DNA from: Octopus vulgaris
Lineage: Eukaryota
Direction of reading: 5' to 3'
DNA: 64,000 bases
Assembly (NCBI GenBank): GCA_951406725.2
Contig: CATOCA020000001.1
Span: forward strand, 2,232,001 to 2,296,000
How positions within the stretch are numbered: the stretch's first letter is position 1; each line of letters opens with the position of its first letter. The notes below the pieces were generated by a model. It ran no database searches and had not been told where the DNA came from. It saw only the letters and a program-made list of their open reading frames with translations. The position numbers and the translations under genes are program-made. Shown in pieces: positions 1 to 49,252 of this stretch.

Positions 1-1685
1 TTTGTTACAATTAATATGGTTGTGTCTCAGCACAGTTGATATTATGGTAGTTCCATGAGAAACCATAGAAAAATGTAACCATTTCCAGTACCGAATACTA
101 ATGATGAATTCTTTTCTTGGTCAAATAACAATGACCAGGTTCCATGATCTAATTTCAACAGAACAATCAAGTCGGAAGTAAAACCAAAATGTGGAAGACT
201 GAAAACAGTGACTCTCTTACAATTGAAACCATCTCAAAGCCAACAATTGTCAGTATAACGATGTCTATATGGACAGTAAACGTTATTCAAACATCGTAAC
301 AAGCGATAATTATATATATATAGTTAGAAAAGAGTTGTGAGTTCAAGTCACACTGGAATCTCATACGTTCATTCCTTTCCATGTATTGCATATGTTAGCA
401 TCAATGTTTTGTTCAAATGTGAACATATGTTCTCTGTTCAATATGAATGTTATCAAAATCACTGAACCGGTTTCCACAATCGATATTATTATACTGAGCT
501 AATATGTTATACCAGACAGGAAACTACTGTAACAATCTAAGACAAAGAATTATGATGAGTTACTGGAAGACACATCATCATCATCATCATCAACATTCAA
601 AGTTTGTTTTCCATGCTGGAATGGGTTGGAAATCTTGACAGGATCTGACAAGCCAGACAACTTCACCAGGCCCCAGATGGTTTCTTTGGCATGGTTTTCT
701 ACGGTAGGATGTTCTTATTGATGCCAACCACCTCACAGAGTGTACGTGGCCCCTTTGTGTAAAGCACAAGTACTGGCATATTTAGCCAAAAGACATGTAA
801 GACAGAGACCCCACAGCCAGGAGAGGGAGTATTGCAAATTTCTCTCCCCGCATCCTGATTCTTTTGTCATCACATTCCCTTCTCACCTCCTGAAAATGTC
901 ATCAGCTTCAGTGAAGCAAAACATCATAGAATAGTGAGGACCGTCTAATTATATAGAATGTAACACAACTTGATTACTACTTGTGCTATAATTAAATGCT
1001 CCCAGAACACACTAGGAAGTGGTTGGTGGAAACTAGGAAAGATGACACCACAAGTTTGAAAGGAACGTTTGATATTGTTGGGAAATTGATGATCATTTCT
1101 AATGCTTGTGCGACAATAAAATATACCCAGGACCCTTTATAAAGTGGTTGGGGTTAGAAAGGGTCTACCACCTTAGAAAAGCTGCAATGTTTAAGTGAGA
1201 TGTTTTCCTCAACAAATGACGGTTGGCAGTAATTTCAGATACAACTGACTTGGACAGTGATGACCCACCTAGTGTATGGGAGCATGGAGAGCAGATGAGA
1301 AAAGATGAAGATGATATCATTTATTGTATTGAAACTTTTAACCAGCATCTTTCTTGAAAAGACGGAGAGAAAGAGCATGAGTGAGAGAGAGAGAATGAAT
1401 GAGTACAATGAGATGACAAACAGGGCGAATATTCTCCTTAACGGGAGAGAACCGTTTCAGGGTTTATATTTAATTTTTGTATCTTTCTTTCTGCGAGTGA
1501 ATGAGTAACTGATGTTTGCATAAAGTACATTTATTGGATATTCGTGTTGTTGTAGAAGAACAGAATTTCTTTATAGCTAAGCATTCAAATGAAATATAAC
1601 ATTGGAACCTGTTCTATTGACCAAAATGGCTCAGTAAAAGCTAAAATTTATAGAAATCAATTATGTAATGTCATTCTATACTCAC

Positions 1686-35878
<34,193 letters not shown>

Positions 35879-36483
35879 GTCTTTTGAATAAAAACAGTCA
35901 AAAAAGAAAGAAAGCAAAACAGTTTTTTAAAAAACTTATAAAATGAGTTAAACAACAATAAACAGAAGTTGATGGTTCTAAAATATTGCAAAAGATAACA
36001 TTGATATTGTAAACTTCAGTTTATCTAAAGTATTATTCATAGCTGAATGTTCTTCTTGACTCTAATAAACCTAACAACAGTCATTGTGTTGTGTCTCTAG
36101 GTTAGATTACATATTGACTGGTTACTATTAAACCCTCAATATTGGAATGTACAGTCTGTTGATCAGCTACGTAAAGGCAGCGTACATGTTGAGCTATAAA
36201 TCTGTGGATCATACCCCAGCTACGGTGGAGGGCACTTTATATCAAAGACAAACTGATTCTGCGAAGAAAGGTAAATTTACGAAAAATAGTAAAAGAATCA
36301 ATGAAACAGAGTTTGTTCAATAAAACCTCCTGTATTGATCTTTGTCGAAACACTAGCAAAGTAGATGAGATCTAATCAGACACTATCAACAAGTGCTTAC
36401 TTTATAGATTTTTGCAAATATCTTTATGACTATTTCAAAATTATTTAATAAATTTCCCTTATATATACATACATACATATTTA

Positions 36484-36529
<46 letters not shown>

Positions 36530-37463
36530 TATATCATTGCCATCATCACTTAACGTCCACTTTTCATCCATTCATGAGTAAGATGGGTGACAGGAGCAGG
36601 CCAGGTAGAAAAAAACTACCCTGGGCTACTGTCTATTTTATCAGGTATTTTACTGCTGGATGCCCTTCCAAACGCCAACCACCAGTTTTGTCCCACTGTA
36701 TGACACCTTGGGCAAGTAACTTCTTCTAAATCCCATGGCTGATCAAGGCTTCTGAGTGGATTAATTAGAGATAATCTGAGAGAAGCCCATCGTACACCAC
36801 TGGACAATATCTGAGGACCAGTGAAAAATCTGCCAAAATGAAGTGTCTGTGTGTTTGTGTGAGTGTACGTATGCATATATATATGCACACACCTGCTTGA
36901 GTGTGTGTGTGTATGTTTCCATTTGCTTTTACTGAAAATTGCTCAGCTATGAACGATTAGATTATCATTTTCCCTGTTAATAGACGAACCATTGGAATAA
37001 GTGATCCCTTGAACAACTGGTAAGGGTTAATAACATGAAGGGGATCCAGATCCAAAAAGAATGGATCAATAATATACTCATACAACCCATGGTAGTATGG
37101 AGAAAAGGTGTAAAATGATTGCTTTTTATACATATACGTACATATATAAGTCTATGTATGTGAATACTCGTGTGCATGTGTGAGTAGCTGTATGGCATAG
37201 TGATTCGGGTGTTACCCTCACAATAGCTAGATCGTGGGTTTGATTCTTGCAATGCCCTTCCTTTCCGAAGACTTCCGAATGTTCGCCTGCTTTCCTAACC
37301 AGTGGAGTGGCATCATTGAAAACGTAAAACGATGCAAAGCACATTGTGACAAGTGATGTGTAACATCCTGCAGTATAATCGATCATGTGACTATATAATT
37401 ATATATGTGTATATATATATATGTTCATATATATATGTATGTATATATACGTATATATATATG

Positions 37464-37496
<33 letters not shown>

Positions 37497-38028
37497 ATAT
37501 ATATAGATATATATATGTGTGTGTATATATATATATAAGTGTGTGTGTCTATATGAGTGTGTGTACTTAACGTTGGAATTTAAAACTATTTCTTGTGAAG
37601 GTATCGACTTGTAACCTTTAATTAAGATCTTAATACATAAGCATTACGAAAGATGTTTTATGAATACATTTGTGTACACTACACACGGAGACAAAGGCCT
37701 GGGGAATGCTCGTATATATTATACACACACACACATACGCATAGCAGACTTAATAAAATAGGCTAAGAGAAGAATAAGAGAGAGAGGAAATGGAGGAAGC
37801 GAGGTATTGAAATAAACACTGGGTTTACAATTTGAAGTTCGGAAGTGTGGAAGTTGTAAAGATAATTTATGGACAGGCCAGAAAGAAAGCTAAAACAGCA
37901 AAAGGAGTGGGAGGGAGTTACAGTTACAGACACTAAATACATGAAACTTGACTTTATCACTTTTACACACACAACACACACACACACACACACACACACA
38001 TATTCAGTTTTCATTTACAGGGTACAAC

Positions 38029-38223
38029 CTAAGACGAGTGGTCCCGGTGCGCGCAATCGCGTACAAGCGCATCCGAGCAAGCTAGTCGTGACTAGTCGAT
38101 CCTTACTATGTGTTTTTGTGTTTCATTTACTTTGCTAGGTAGTCGTTGTAGGATCGACTAGTCACGACTATCTAGCGCGCGTGCGCGAGTAAACGAGTGC
38201 GCGCACCAGGACCACTCTTCTTA
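38029..38223. mobile_element. CpG-rich foldback MITE (about 195 bp)
   Basis: taagacgagtggtcccggtgcgcgca pairs with tgcgcgcaccaggaccactcttctta; inner tagtcgtgactagtcgatcc pairs with ggatcgactagtcacgacta. Confidence 0.75.
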
Positions 38224-38850
38224 ATTAAATGGTATCTAGTTTCCACAGCGGAGAAATCCACCCTTGTTAAAACATCTACACAAAACCCCACCATTTCAGG
38301 CTGACTTAACAGAGACCCTACTCTGTGTTACCTCCATCTCTGTCCCCCACAAAGCGGCCACGCCCTTGTAAGTTTCGTAACGAAAAACAAAAGCATTAAT
38401 TTCCTGATCTCATAATTGGATCACGCACTTTTACGATAATTAATATCGTATCATTAATTTATAGACACACAGACAGAGTTTAAGATGAAAGGATGTTCAT
38501 TCAAGCGTTAAATGGTCCCAAATGAAATAAAAAAGCCTGCCTTACCTCAGTTTAGTTTTAAACGGTTGCAACGGATCCGGGGTCCCAATTAATTTCAAAT
38601 TTACTGATGCCGGAAGTAGATTTAAGTTGGAATAGGAGATGGCAAGTAAGTGGAGATAACTCTCGAAATAGAGGCGGGGTTGGCGGTACGTTAAGTAGCT
38701 TGCGAACCAAGCACATGGTTCCGGGTTCAGTCCCACTGCGTGGCACCTTGAGCGAGTGACTTCTGCTATAGACTCGGGCGACCAAAGCCTTGTGAGTGAA
38801 TCCGGTAGACAGAAACTGAAGGAAGCCCCGTCGTAAATATGTACATATAT
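38090..38850. repeat. About 750-bp segment duplicated at 43695-44440 (MITE half, unique DNA, SINE head)
   Basis: Co-linear near-identity of the two blocks. Confidence 0.92.
38546..38620 (-). promoter_or_regulatory. Candidate non-coding first exon/promoter of the MIB2-like gene (copy 1)
   Basis: Consensus donor GAG|GTAAGG at 38545; ETS-type ccggaagt near 38610; in-frame TGA just upstream of the ATG if spliced to 35880; 5' limit is a guess. Confidence 0.4.
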
Positions 38851-39036
38851 ATATATATATATATACGAGAATGAAGCAACAAGAATGGATAGGCTATCCA
38901 TTCTTGTTGCTTCATTTTCGCTTATAATCACCCCACATTACTGTATTGTTAAATCAGTATAGTTTTTTTTGGTGCATCTAAGTTAGGTACCATATTCAAG
39001 TAAATTCATTTAAATTAACTTGAATCTTTATTGCTT

Positions 39037-39072
<36 letters not shown>

Positions 39073-39094
39073 CATGTGTGTGTGTATGAATATA

Positions 39095-39133
39095 TTTGGG
39101 AGATGGAAACTGAAAGAAGCCCGTCGTATATAA

Positions 39134-39164
<31 letters not shown>

Positions 39165-39600
39165 AGTGTGTGTGCCTTTTTGTCCCACCAACATCGCTTG
39201 ACAACCGATGCTGGGGTGTTTACATCCCCGTCAATTAGCGGCTTGTCAAGAACCGCTGGACTTAAAAAGAATAAGTCTTGGGGTCGATTTGCTCGACTAG
39301 AGGCGGTGCTCCAGCATGGCCATAGTCAAATGACTGAAACAAGTAAAATAAAAGAACATATATAAAAATAAATATATATATATAAATATATATATATATA
39401 CCCTTCAGCCCTTCAAGCAGGGTATCCATACGCTAGAAATAGCAGCCAAAGCTAACAAAACTACGATAACATAACGTACTTAGCGGTTCAGCAAATAGAG
39501 ACCGATAGAATAAGCAATAGGCTTACAAAAAATAAGTCCTGGTGTCGATTTGCTCGACTAATGGCAGCGCTCCAGCATGGCCACAGGTAAATGACTGAAA
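39095..39600 (+). mobile_element. tRNA-derived SINE 3' fragments (two)
   Basis: ggaaactgaaagaagcccgtcg..gcttgacaaccgatgctgg..gctccagcatggcc..atgactgaaaca. Confidence 0.8.
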
Positions 39601-39942
39601 CAAATCTGTTGCCCGAGGTGCCACCCGGAAACATGTGGTTGGTTAACGAGTTAAAATTAAAAAGAAAAATTATTATCAGAGTTCAAATCTTTGTATTTTT
39701 TACGTATTTGGCCCCACCCAAAAAATAATAATAATAAAATAGAAAATAAAAAAATAAGTAAGAAGAGAAAATTCTGGAAAAAGTGAAAAAATGAAGCAGG
39801 TGGCGGGATTCGATCCTGAAAATAAAATCTCAAAAATTCATCCCTCTCTCTTAATTTTTACACTTTTCCCGGATATTTTTTCTTTCTGTTTATTGAAAGA
39901 TGAGGATCCTGGAAAAATTGTGAAAAAATTTCCATTTTTCAA

Positions 39943-39996
<54 letters not shown>

Positions 39997-40370
39997 AAAT
40001 AGACAGATAGATAGATTGAGAGAGAGAGAGAGAGGGAACGAGAGACAGACAGGCATAGGGAGATAAATTATCATTTATTGGGATCCTTGCAGAATTCTCT
40101 TAATGGGGAGAACTTTGATTGTTTAAAAGAGTGTAGAAGCTACTTAGACAAGTTAATGACCCAGAAATATAGCAAGTTCTGGAAGGACAGGGTCATGAAA
40201 CTGCCTCAAAGATGGCGAAAGGTAGGGGAACAAAATGGGAAATATTTGGTTTGAGTAAAGCTATGCACGGCAATCTAAAGACTATTAAAAAATTTTACTT
40301 ACAAAATGCTAGAAAGTTTTTTGCAAACCGAACAAACACAGACATACATAATATAACGGTATTCATAATG

Positions 40371-40437
<67 letters not shown>

Positions 40438-40587
40438 TAAGAAAGTTTGTTTGGTAAAGCACGTGGGTGAATATATAAGAAAATAGTAAAGTGTGAAAAA
40501 ACGACAGAAGGCTTAAATGTTAAAAAATATATATATTTGTGTCAAAATGTCTGGAGAATATTGGAAAAATTTTTTTTTTTTTGGGGG

Positions 40588-40824
40588 GAAAGAACTGATA
40601 GAACTCCAAAATGATGAAGATATAACCATTAAGGAAGCGGACAAGGGAAATGCAGTTGTAATAATGGATACATCATACTCCAGAAATCTTGTAATTTCCT
40701 TGCTTGATGAAGACCTACATTATGAAAAAATTACCAACTACACCCCACAAAAAATAATGAAAACTCTATCTTCACTAATTAAAACCCATGAAAAGGAACT
40801 GACAACCAAAGAGATTGATTTCCT
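40588..40824 (+). mobile_element. Penelope-like element reverse-transcriptase N-terminal fragment
   Basis: KELIELQNDEDITIKEADKGNAVVIMDTSY..LLDEDLHYEK contains the PLE hallmark I.IK.ADKG..VV.MD...Y motif. Confidence 0.85.
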
Positions 40825-41256
40825 ATATATATATATATACGCATACACGCACATAGATGGATAAGATAGATAGATACATATTGATATGGTAAACTCAAGT
40901 TTGATGGCCATTATTTCCTGGAATGCAAACATGTTCTTAGCAAGGTCGGAATTAATAATAACAGCTCATATGAAGTAATTAAATGGAACAATTAGAGAGT
41001 TAATTACTTTGTTTACGATGTATATTATTTCCTCAAGTGGGCGACTGACATGCATTTAACAATGACCAAATTTCTGAGACTCAATCTCTCATACTCTCAC
41101 GCTTACTCACTTTTATTCTCTAACACACACGCTCCCTGTCTGTCTGTCTGTCTGTCTCACGTATGTAAACATATACATATATGCATATATTTATACATAC
41201 ATATATGTATGCATATACTTATACATTCTACACATCCTACACATGCATACCCACTC

Positions 41257-41300
<44 letters not shown>

Positions 41301-41334
41301 TATGTGAGTGTGTGTGTGTGTGTATGTATGTATA

Positions 41335-41658
41335 AAGGCTAAAGACCCCCTTCGGTCATGAATGAGCATGAGATTGCACCTAGAAAGTTCCCCTCGGAGG
41401 CATAAATCCGAGTAAGGCTGTTTATGGAAGATCAGAAGCCGCCCATGCATACTGGCCCCTCCCGTCCACGCCACCGATTTTATCCAAGGGAAAGGCAAAG
41501 AGGTCCGATACAGCTTGGCAGCAGTGAGGGGTCACAGCTCATTTCTATCGATTAGTGAACTGGAGTAACGTGAGATAAAGTGTCTTGCCAAGAAACACAA
41601 CACACAGCTCGGACCAGGATTCGAACTCACAACCTCATGATTGTGATTCCAATGCTCA
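41335..41658 (-). mobile_element. tRNA-derived SINE (second family)
   Basis: Reverse strand tRNA-like head with B-box gagttcgaatcctgg, followed by tgtgtttcttggcaagacactt. Confidence 0.7.
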
Positions 41659-41844
41659 CACACACACACACACACACATACATACATAAGCACACACAAG
41701 AGTCAGCTGAAAAGTTCAATAGCTGATCAAATATTTACTTGTGAGATTTTTGCTACCCTGGTAACTATTTATTTAAGTTTTCCGTGTTAATTGTTAACAA
41801 GGTAATAATACACTCATCTATCGATAATACATATATATGTATAA

Positions 41845-41906
<62 letters not shown>

Positions 41907-42289
41907 GCATATAGGCACTCAAACGTACATGTATAAATAGTTGTTTGTGTGTATGTCTTGATAAAAAGTGAGAGAAAGCGAAATCCCGAGACAATAAGGG
42001 ATAGCTGGTATTTCTTAAATACAACAGAATGTTGGCTAATTAAGGCACACACAGGATTCTCTTTCAGCACAAACATTGTAATTATCTTTTTAATTATATC
42101 GAATGAGTAGTAATTATTTGATTTTAAGAAAGTTTGTTCAGCAATCAAAGAGTGGAGATATTTGATATCGTTAAACCAAACAGAAATAGTAGCTTGACAA
42201 TCCCGTATTTGCATAATGCATATATAGTTTTATGTATGTGTGTATATCAAATCTATATATAGATATTTCAATATGCATATATATACATG

Positions 42290-42322
<33 letters not shown>

Positions 42323-42401
42323 CGATATATATTATATATATATATATATTTATAAAAAATGAAGTTCGAAAATGCTGCTATATTATACAATTTTTAATTT
42401 T

Positions 42402-42529
<128 letters not shown>

Positions 42530-43325
42530 CAGAGAAAGAGAGAGATGCGTTAGTTTGTGCAAAAATATTGGTTCGTTTCTTGTTAAATAAATAACGTTGT
42601 ATTTCTGTGATACAAAATTTATCCACCCATCCTATGCTAAACAACCACTTGAGTTTACAGGCAAACAAATCACGTCTGTGTTTGTGTGTGTGTGTGTGTC
42701 TGTTTCATGTGTTTGTCTGTGTGTTTCTAATACTCACACCATATGGCATCCGTTTAATAGCAGATCGGGGAATGTTAAGGTTCGCATTTTGTTTTTCCTT
42801 CTTAAGTGCTGACACTCCAAATTTGACCAACTGGTGGATGCTGATAACTATTCCATCGACAAATTCTGGCCATCTGAAGTGTTTTGTTTTTCTAAACAAT
42901 TGTTTACAAGTATTTTATATTTTTCAGTATAAAACTGAATACATCCACCCCACCCCCGTCACTACCATTATAGTTGTCATCACCATCATCAACATCATCG
43001 TGTCATTACATGAATTATTAATTAATATTAATATTGTCCGTTCATTAAAAATTTTCCAGTATTATGCAAATTTTATTCTAATTAATATATATTTCAATTG
43101 TTAAAAGGCAAATTTACAGCAGTTACACCGTGGTGAGAATTCTCTCTTCACCTAAAAGTATATAAAAACGCCAGTTCTTTCCAGTGCCAGGATCACAGAC
43201 TTTGATGTTTCTAGCACCTTCGCTGTCGAGATGGCGGCACTGGACACATATCTTGTTTTAATACCTTTTCACCTTGTCGATCAACAGTGGATATATATCA
43301 GAAAAATATTTCAACTAACCTAGAT

Positions 43326-43409
<84 letters not shown>

Positions 43410-43439
43410 GTGTATCTATTTGTATATATATATATATAC

Positions 43440-43497
<58 letters not shown>

Positions 43498-43517
43498 TTG
43501 TGTGTACACGTATACAT

Positions 43518-43697
43518 TTTCGTGCCAGGGAAAGTACCACTGAAGCTATATTACTGGTAAGGCAGCTGCAGGAGAAATACCTACAAAAGATAAGCCCCTG
43601 TACCTGGCTTTTGTTGACAAGGAGAAAGCTTTCGATAGGGTCCCCCGATCCCTTATCTGGTGGTCAATGAGGACACTATGGATAGATGACTAGTTAG
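43518..43697 (+). mobile_element. RTE-clade reverse transcriptase internal fragment
   Basis: FRARESTTEAILLVRQLQEKYL / KPLYLAFVDKEKAFDRVPRSLIWWSMR with one frameshift. Confidence 0.85.
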
Positions 43698-44440
43698 TCG
43701 GGACTTGTCGATCCTTACTTTGTGTTTTTGTGTTTCATTTACTTTGCTAGGAAGTCGTTGTAGGATCGACTAGTCACGACTATCTAGCGCGCGTGCGCGA
43801 GTAAACGAGTGCGCGCAACGGGACCACTCTTCTTAAATAAACGGTACCCAGATTCCACAGCGGTGAAATCCACCCTTGTTAAAACATATACATAAAACCC
43901 TACCATTTCAGGCTGACTTAACAGAAACCCTACTCTGTGTTACCGCCATCTCTGTCCCCCCACAAAGCGGCCACGCCCTTGTAAGTTTCATAACCAAAAA
44001 CAAAAACATTAATTTCCTGATCTCATAATTGGATCACGCACTTTTACGATAATTAATATCGTATCATTAATTTATAGACACACAGACAGAGTTTAAGATG
44101 AAAGGATGTTCATTCAAGCGTTAAATGGTCTCAAAGGTAATTAAAATGCCTTACCTCAGTTTAGTTTTAAACGGTTGCAACGGATCCGGGGTCCCAATTG
44201 ATTTCAAATTTTCTTTTGCCGGATTTAATTTCGATGGCAAGTAAGCGGAGATAACTCTCGAAATATAGGCGGGGATGGGGTATGTCTTAAATAGCTTACG
44301 TACCAAGCACATGGTTACGTGTTCAGTCCCACTGCGTGGCACCTTGGGCGAGTGACTTCTACTATAGCCTCGGCCGACCAAAGCCTTGTGAGTGGATCAG
44401 GTAGACGGAAACTGAAGGAAGCCCCGTCGTAAATATGTAC
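43695..44440. repeat. Second copy of the ~750-bp duplicated segment
   Basis: Matches 38090-38850. Confidence 0.92.
44155..44225 (-). promoter_or_regulatory. Candidate non-coding first exon (copy 2)
   Basis: Same GAG|GTAAGG donor at 44154 in the duplicated block. Confidence 0.33.
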
Positions 44441-44618
44441 ATGTTTGGCCCGAGAAAACACTTGCCCAAGCTGCCACACAGTGGGACTGATCTCGGAACC
44501 AGGTGGTTGGTAAGTAAGCTACTTACAACTCAGCCACTACAACGCCTAGAGTCTCAAAGATTGAAAATTATTTTAGTATTCTCTATCTTATCTTTTCCAT
44601 ACACGCCCCCATACATAC

Positions 44619-44678
<60 letters not shown>

Positions 44679-44959
44679 CACCTTTTAGCTGATGGCAGAG
44701 ATTTATTGTACAGATTAAATTAAAGTATATGAAGAGGACAGGGTTTATATTTTCTATTTCAGGAAAAATTGATTCACAAATTTTGAACTTCCTTGAAATA
44801 TAAAAATCCAAAACATTTTCTTTCTTTCAAATTTATCAACTATTTTTGAGATTCTTTAAAAACATATAAACATTCTCTTCTTGTAAACATACTTGAAATC
44901 CTGGACACAATTTTTATTGTTTATAAAATGATTTGAGAAAACCAGTATATATGTTCGTG

Positions 44960-45372
44960 TTCATGTATGTATGTATGTATGTATGTTCGTATGTATGAAT
45001 GTATGAATGTATGTTTGTAAGTATATATGTATGTTCATGTATGTATGTATGTTCGTAAGTATATATGTATGTTCATGTATGTATGTATGTATGTATGTAG
45101 GTATGTATGTATGTATATATGTATGTGTGTATATATGTATGTGTGTATATATGTATGTATGTATGTTTGTATGTATGTATGTTTGTATGTATGTATGTAT
45201 GTATGTATGTATGTATGTATATATGTATGTATGTATATATGTATGTATGTATGTATGTATGTTTGTATGTATGTATGTTTGTATGTATGTATGTATGTAT
45301 GTATGTCTATCTCTCTGTATGTATGTATGTATGCATGTATGTATGTTTGTATGTATGTATGTATGTATGTGA
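44960..45372. repeat. (TATG)n microsatellite
   Basis: Directly visible. Confidence 0.95.
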
Positions 45373-46864
45373 AGTATATAAAAATTTATATAATAAGCAA
45401 ACTATAAACATATACAATAATAAAAATTAGTGTGTAAAATCAGATATACAGTAAATATATAATTACACATTTATTGGATGGGTGTTGATACTCAAGAAGT
45501 CCTCCGCCCTTTAGCGGATTTTGTTTTTCATCCCTTAGGGAGTTCAGTAAAAACCCTCCTCACCAAGCAAGCTTTGTGTACGTATGTATGTATGTATAGA
45601 AAATCCATCATTGAAGCATGCTGTAAATGTGTTAGTACCTGATAAACTTGCTACATTTCCGAATATAGTATTTCCACAAATAGATACACTTAAAATATGC
45701 GCCAGACTTAAAGAGAAATAGTGGGGTTCATATGATCAATCAAATATACCAATTTAATGCTCCTGGATGGCCACGCCTCAATGATTAAAACATCTAACTC
45801 ACATATTATATAGCTTGAAATCTCTCCACTGCCACCACCATTTAGTCTGTTAATTTATATCCATCTACAAACGTCACACTCACCCTTCAATTATTATTCA
45901 TGTCTTTCTTTCTCATCTACAATCTACACTTTTACATAATTATTTCCATTTCTCTTTCAATTCACTGGACAATTTCACAGAATTCATCAATAATATTTCG
46001 AAATTTAACAAATTATGATAGATTATTTTTCTCAAATACAATACTTAAATGTAATCTATAAAACTATAATCTTTTTAAACTTAATTGTATGTTTAACTTA
46101 AGTTAATTCTTATCCAGTAACACTATGACCAAAGGCGTTCTAACCATGACCTTCCCATATTCTTTTTTATCTAATATGTTAACCACACGCTACATTTCAG
46201 ACACTCCATTGTTGATTCATATTACTGTTTATAATTATTCAAATTTTAAAATTGAAATAAAATCATTAAAAAAATTTCATTGATTGAAAGACCAAGAAGA
46301 TAAAATTAGTAGAGTTGTTATTGGTATTAATGTAACTCTTTGTATTCTGGGTTCAAATCCTGCTAAGGTCAAATTTGATTTTTATTATGAACGTGTTTTA
46401 AAAAAAATATCAGTCTGAAGTGGTGGTGTTCTGGAATTAGATATTGGACGCGAGGCCTTAAAGTATTTAATGTAGTCCTATATTTTGTGAGTTGAAATCA
46501 CTATATTAACGTAGACCTATATTTTATAAGTTGAAATACGTGGATAGTAAAATTCTCGCTTACTAAGCTTTGAAAAAAAGAAGTTATCAAAAAACAATAT
46601 TTTAAATTTCACTCGAGAGTTAGAAATCCAGTGTTAACTACCTAAAATATTGTATCATTAGATGAACATTTGTGTTAAACAAATATATATCAAAAGAAAA
46701 TTATTTACCAAATTCGAAGATTATGTCCTGGTTCGAGTTGAAGTCTTTCTCTCTCAGAAAATTTCAGCGTCCGCTTTGTTCAAACGACGATGAAAATGTG
46801 ACACTGCCAACAGTTAAAAGGAAACTTCTAATGAAACAGGATGTAGTAGGCACGACCTCCTCAT

Positions 46865-46890
46865 GTATATGTGTCTGTATGTGTCTATAT

Positions 46891-46924
<34 letters not shown>

Positions 46925-47049
46925 TTATATATATTTATATGATATATATCTATAGACATATATATATATATATATACACACACGCATGTATATATATTTA
47001 TATATATATATATATATATAGATTTATATATCTATATATATATGTATAC

Positions 47050-47094
<45 letters not shown>

Positions 47095-47390
47095 TATACA
47101 TTTATATATATACATATATATATCTATATATATATGTATAATATATACATTATATATATATATATATGTATTATTTATATATACATATATATATATATAT
47201 ATGTATTATTTATATATATATATATATATATAATGTATATTTATATATACATATATATATATATATACATTATTTATATATACATATATATATATATATA
47301 CATATATATATACATATATATATACATATATATATATACATATATGCATATATATATACATACGTACATATATGTATATATGTATGTATT
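46865..47390. repeat. Degenerate (TA)n/(CA)n tract
   Basis: Directly visible. Confidence 0.95.
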
Positions 47391-47687
47391 CTGTCAGCCG
47401 GCCACCTTAATTATGATAATGATGATGATGATGATGATGTTGAGTATGACGACAATGTCAACGGCAAACAAGATGTAGGAAGAATCTCGTTGATTAGAGT
47501 CAGATTGATTATATTAAAGAAGTGTTTGCTGTTGTTTGAAGATGCTAAAATATTTTGTTACAAATAGTCACACGGGTTTATATCTTTCAATGTATTATAT
47601 TTTATTTTCTTTAAAAGAGGTACATATCTTTGTTATGGAGGCTGAAATATTCAGAGTGATTTGTTAAAATCTTTGAATTCTTCATTA

Positions 47688-47900
47688 CTCTTTTACTTGT
47701 TTCAGTCATTTGACTGCGGCCATGCTGGAGCACCGCCTCTAGTCGAGCAAATCGGCCCCGGGACTTATTCTTTGTAAGCCCAGTACTTATTCTATCGGTC
47801 AATTTTAACGAACTGCTAAGTGACGGGGACGTAAACACATCAGCATCGGTTTTCAAGCAATGCTAGGGGGACAAACACAGACACACAAACTTATACACAC

Positions 47901-47933
<33 letters not shown>

Positions 47934-48042
47934 CATATATATGATGACTTTCTTTCTGTTTCTGTCTACCAAATTCACTCACAAGGCCTGAACACGGAAC
48001 AATGTGGTTCGTAAGCAAGCTAATTACCACACAGCCACTCCT
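47688..48042 (-). mobile_element. tRNA-derived SINE with internal deletion
   Basis: Same family as 30190-31130. Confidence 0.85.
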
Positions 48043-48416
48043 ACACACACACACATATATATATATATGTATGTATGTATTTATGTATGTATGTATGTAT
48101 ATTTAATCTTCAAAGAAAATTATCTCTCTCTTATATATATCGTGTAAGTGATCGTGTGTAAAACCAAAACAATGCGAAGTAAATGCAAGGTAAATCACAA
48201 GAAAACAAATATGTGCATCAATGTAGAATTATCTTGTACTCAATATTTCAGGGTTATGACTCCATTTTCATATATGGGGAGATATGTGTATCCCTATATT
48301 TGTGTATATAGTGTTTGAACTAGTTCTCGTGGATATTTAACGATGTTAATGAATTATTAAACCATGTTTTAATTAGAATAATTACTTAAAAATATAAACA
48401 AAAATGAAATATTTAC

Positions 48417-48502
48417 CAGCAAAGTTGATCGTTGAGTTTTAGTTTTAGTTTAATGTGTTTGTCTCAGGAACGCTTGGTCAGCTCCGTTAACTTTAAGAGC
48501 AA
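48417..48502 (-). other. Candidate 86-nt 5' UTR exon
   Basis: tttttaaattgcag acceptor and CTG|GTAAAT donor flanking non-repetitive sequence; in-frame stop upstream of the ATG. Confidence 0.3.
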
Positions 48503-48882
48503 CTGCAATTTAAAAATATTAAATGTCATCTCCTCATATAAGAATGCGTGTGTTTATGTGTGTGTGTGTGTGTGTTAGTGTTTGATATCATGTATATCTA
48601 TATGTCGTAGTGTGTATGTCGACGTGTACATGTATAATGTAGTGTCTATGTACATATTTGTATGTCACAGAGTGTGTGTATATGTCAGCCAACTAACGCT
48701 TGCCTGCTCTCTGTAAAGAATAACTGCCATGCCAAAACACTTCTAAACACTCCTTCCTGTCTGCGTCTCATATTACTATATCACCAAAGTCACCATCATT
48801 TCTCCGTCATTTGACCCATTTTCTTTTCCTTAATTTCTTTTCGTGGAAAAGCATTTGTAACGTGCACACAGACACAAACACA

Positions 48883-48939
<57 letters not shown>

Positions 48940-49252
48940 ATCAATATAGGGTGGCAAAAAAAAAATTTAGTAGAATTCTTTTGCCACCAGCGGCCTAGTG
49001 GGAAAAAATTAAATAGTCATAAACCATTTTTAAGTTCAACATCACAATCAAGGAACGGCCATAATAGGCCATTCACCCACTAGAAATAACAGCAACTGCA
49101 ATTTAAAAATATTAAATGTAACCTCATATAAAACATTACCGTGTAATTTATGTGTTGTGTGTGTGTTAAATGTGTTTGATATCATGTATATCTATATGTA
49201 CCATAGGCCCTTAGATTCATCAGTAAGAAATAGCTATTTCTTACTGATGGCT

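Noticed and set aside
41953-41995. Hammerhead-like remnant tgtc-TTGATAA..GAAA-tcccga-gaca
   Set aside because: Two core mismatches, no cleavage triplet and no stem II
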